Below the pieces are notes generated by a model. The model saw nothing but the letters and a program-made list of their open reading frames with translations, did no database searches and was not told the DNA's origin. A DNA stretch of 64,000 bases. Origin: an uncultured Chloroflexia bacterium. GTDB lineage: Bacteria > Chloroflexota > Limnocylindria > Limnocylindrales > CSP1-4. The DNA is taken from NCBI GenBank assembly GCA_963813535.1, contig CAWEZH010000003.1:160001-224000 (forward strand). The letters are read 5' to 3'. The position numbers and the translations under genes were made by a program. Position 1 is the stretch's first letter, and each line of letters opens with the position of its first letter. Shown one piece after another: positions 63,631-64,000 of this stretch.

Positions 63631-64000
63631 TCAGGGCCGCCTCAGCTCCAGCGCCACCCAGTCACCCTCGTCAGAGCGGCCGGCCGCCTGCAGACCAGCG
63701 GCCAGGAACGCCGTCGACACCTCGGTCTCGCGGTCCGCGAAGATGCCGGACGCCAGGAGCGTCCCGCCCGACCGGAGCTCGTCGTAGAGGAGGGGCGCAA
63801 GCGGGATCAGGACACCGGCGACGAGGTTGGCCAGGACCACGTCGAACGACCCGGGATCCGCCGGCAGCGACCCCTCGCGTGCGTGGAGGCGCCGGACAAG
63901 CCGGTTCCGCCGGGCGTTCGCCGTCGTCGATGCGACGGCGATCGGGTCGGTATCCACGCCGACGGCCGACCCCGCACCCAGCTTGAGCGCAGCGATCGAC
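63631..64000 (-). CDS. prmA: Ribosomal protein L11 methyltransferase, 3' part
   Basis: SIAALKLGA...GVDTDPIAV...NA, FDVVLANL, LLASGI, EGDW. Confidence 0.85.
   Translation of the reverse strand, partial: SIAALKLGAGSAVGVDTDPIAVASTTANARRNRLVRRLHAREGSLPADPGSFDVVLANLVAGVLIPLAPLLYDELRSGGTLLASGIFADRETEVSTAFLAAGLQAAGRSDEGDWVALELRRP

Overview
A 64-kb, very GC-rich, gene-dense bacterial chromosomal segment, probably from a Chloroflexota lineage (inference from gene content and Pro/Ser/Ala-linker lipoproteins; not verified). It carries mostly core and metabolic genes. These include a BMP-type nucleoside ABC importer with a fungal-type cytosine deaminase, trpS, surE, a riboswitch-led cobamide salvage operon (btuFCD-cobS-cobU-cobT-cobC), manC/manB/cupin, and an XRE-cupin regulator divergent from potADBC. 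There is also a SAM-recycling cluster (apt-mtnA-GNAT-ahcY ... metK), mfd, pth and the prmA...HIT-rpsU-yqeY-pgpH-ybeY block. No rRNA, tRNA, CRISPR array, transposase or integrase was seen. The stand-out feature is an ECF sigma factor (11598-12260) preceded by an ECF-type promoter. It is translationally coupled to a ~1750-aa protein that fuses a zinc-binding anti-sigma domain and one TM helix to Ig-like domains and an apparently complete, thioester-less alpha-2-macroglobulin. This is a candidate protease-sensing transmembrane signalling system. Other leads are a structured leader upstream of the nucleoside operon, a metzincin-like protein with a DExxH motif, an arginase-fold enzyme with altered catalytic residues, an MtnA with a twin-arginine-like extension, and many leaderless genes. 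Three genes (cobC-like, nhaP-like, ybeY) each carry one extra base, most likely consensus errors.
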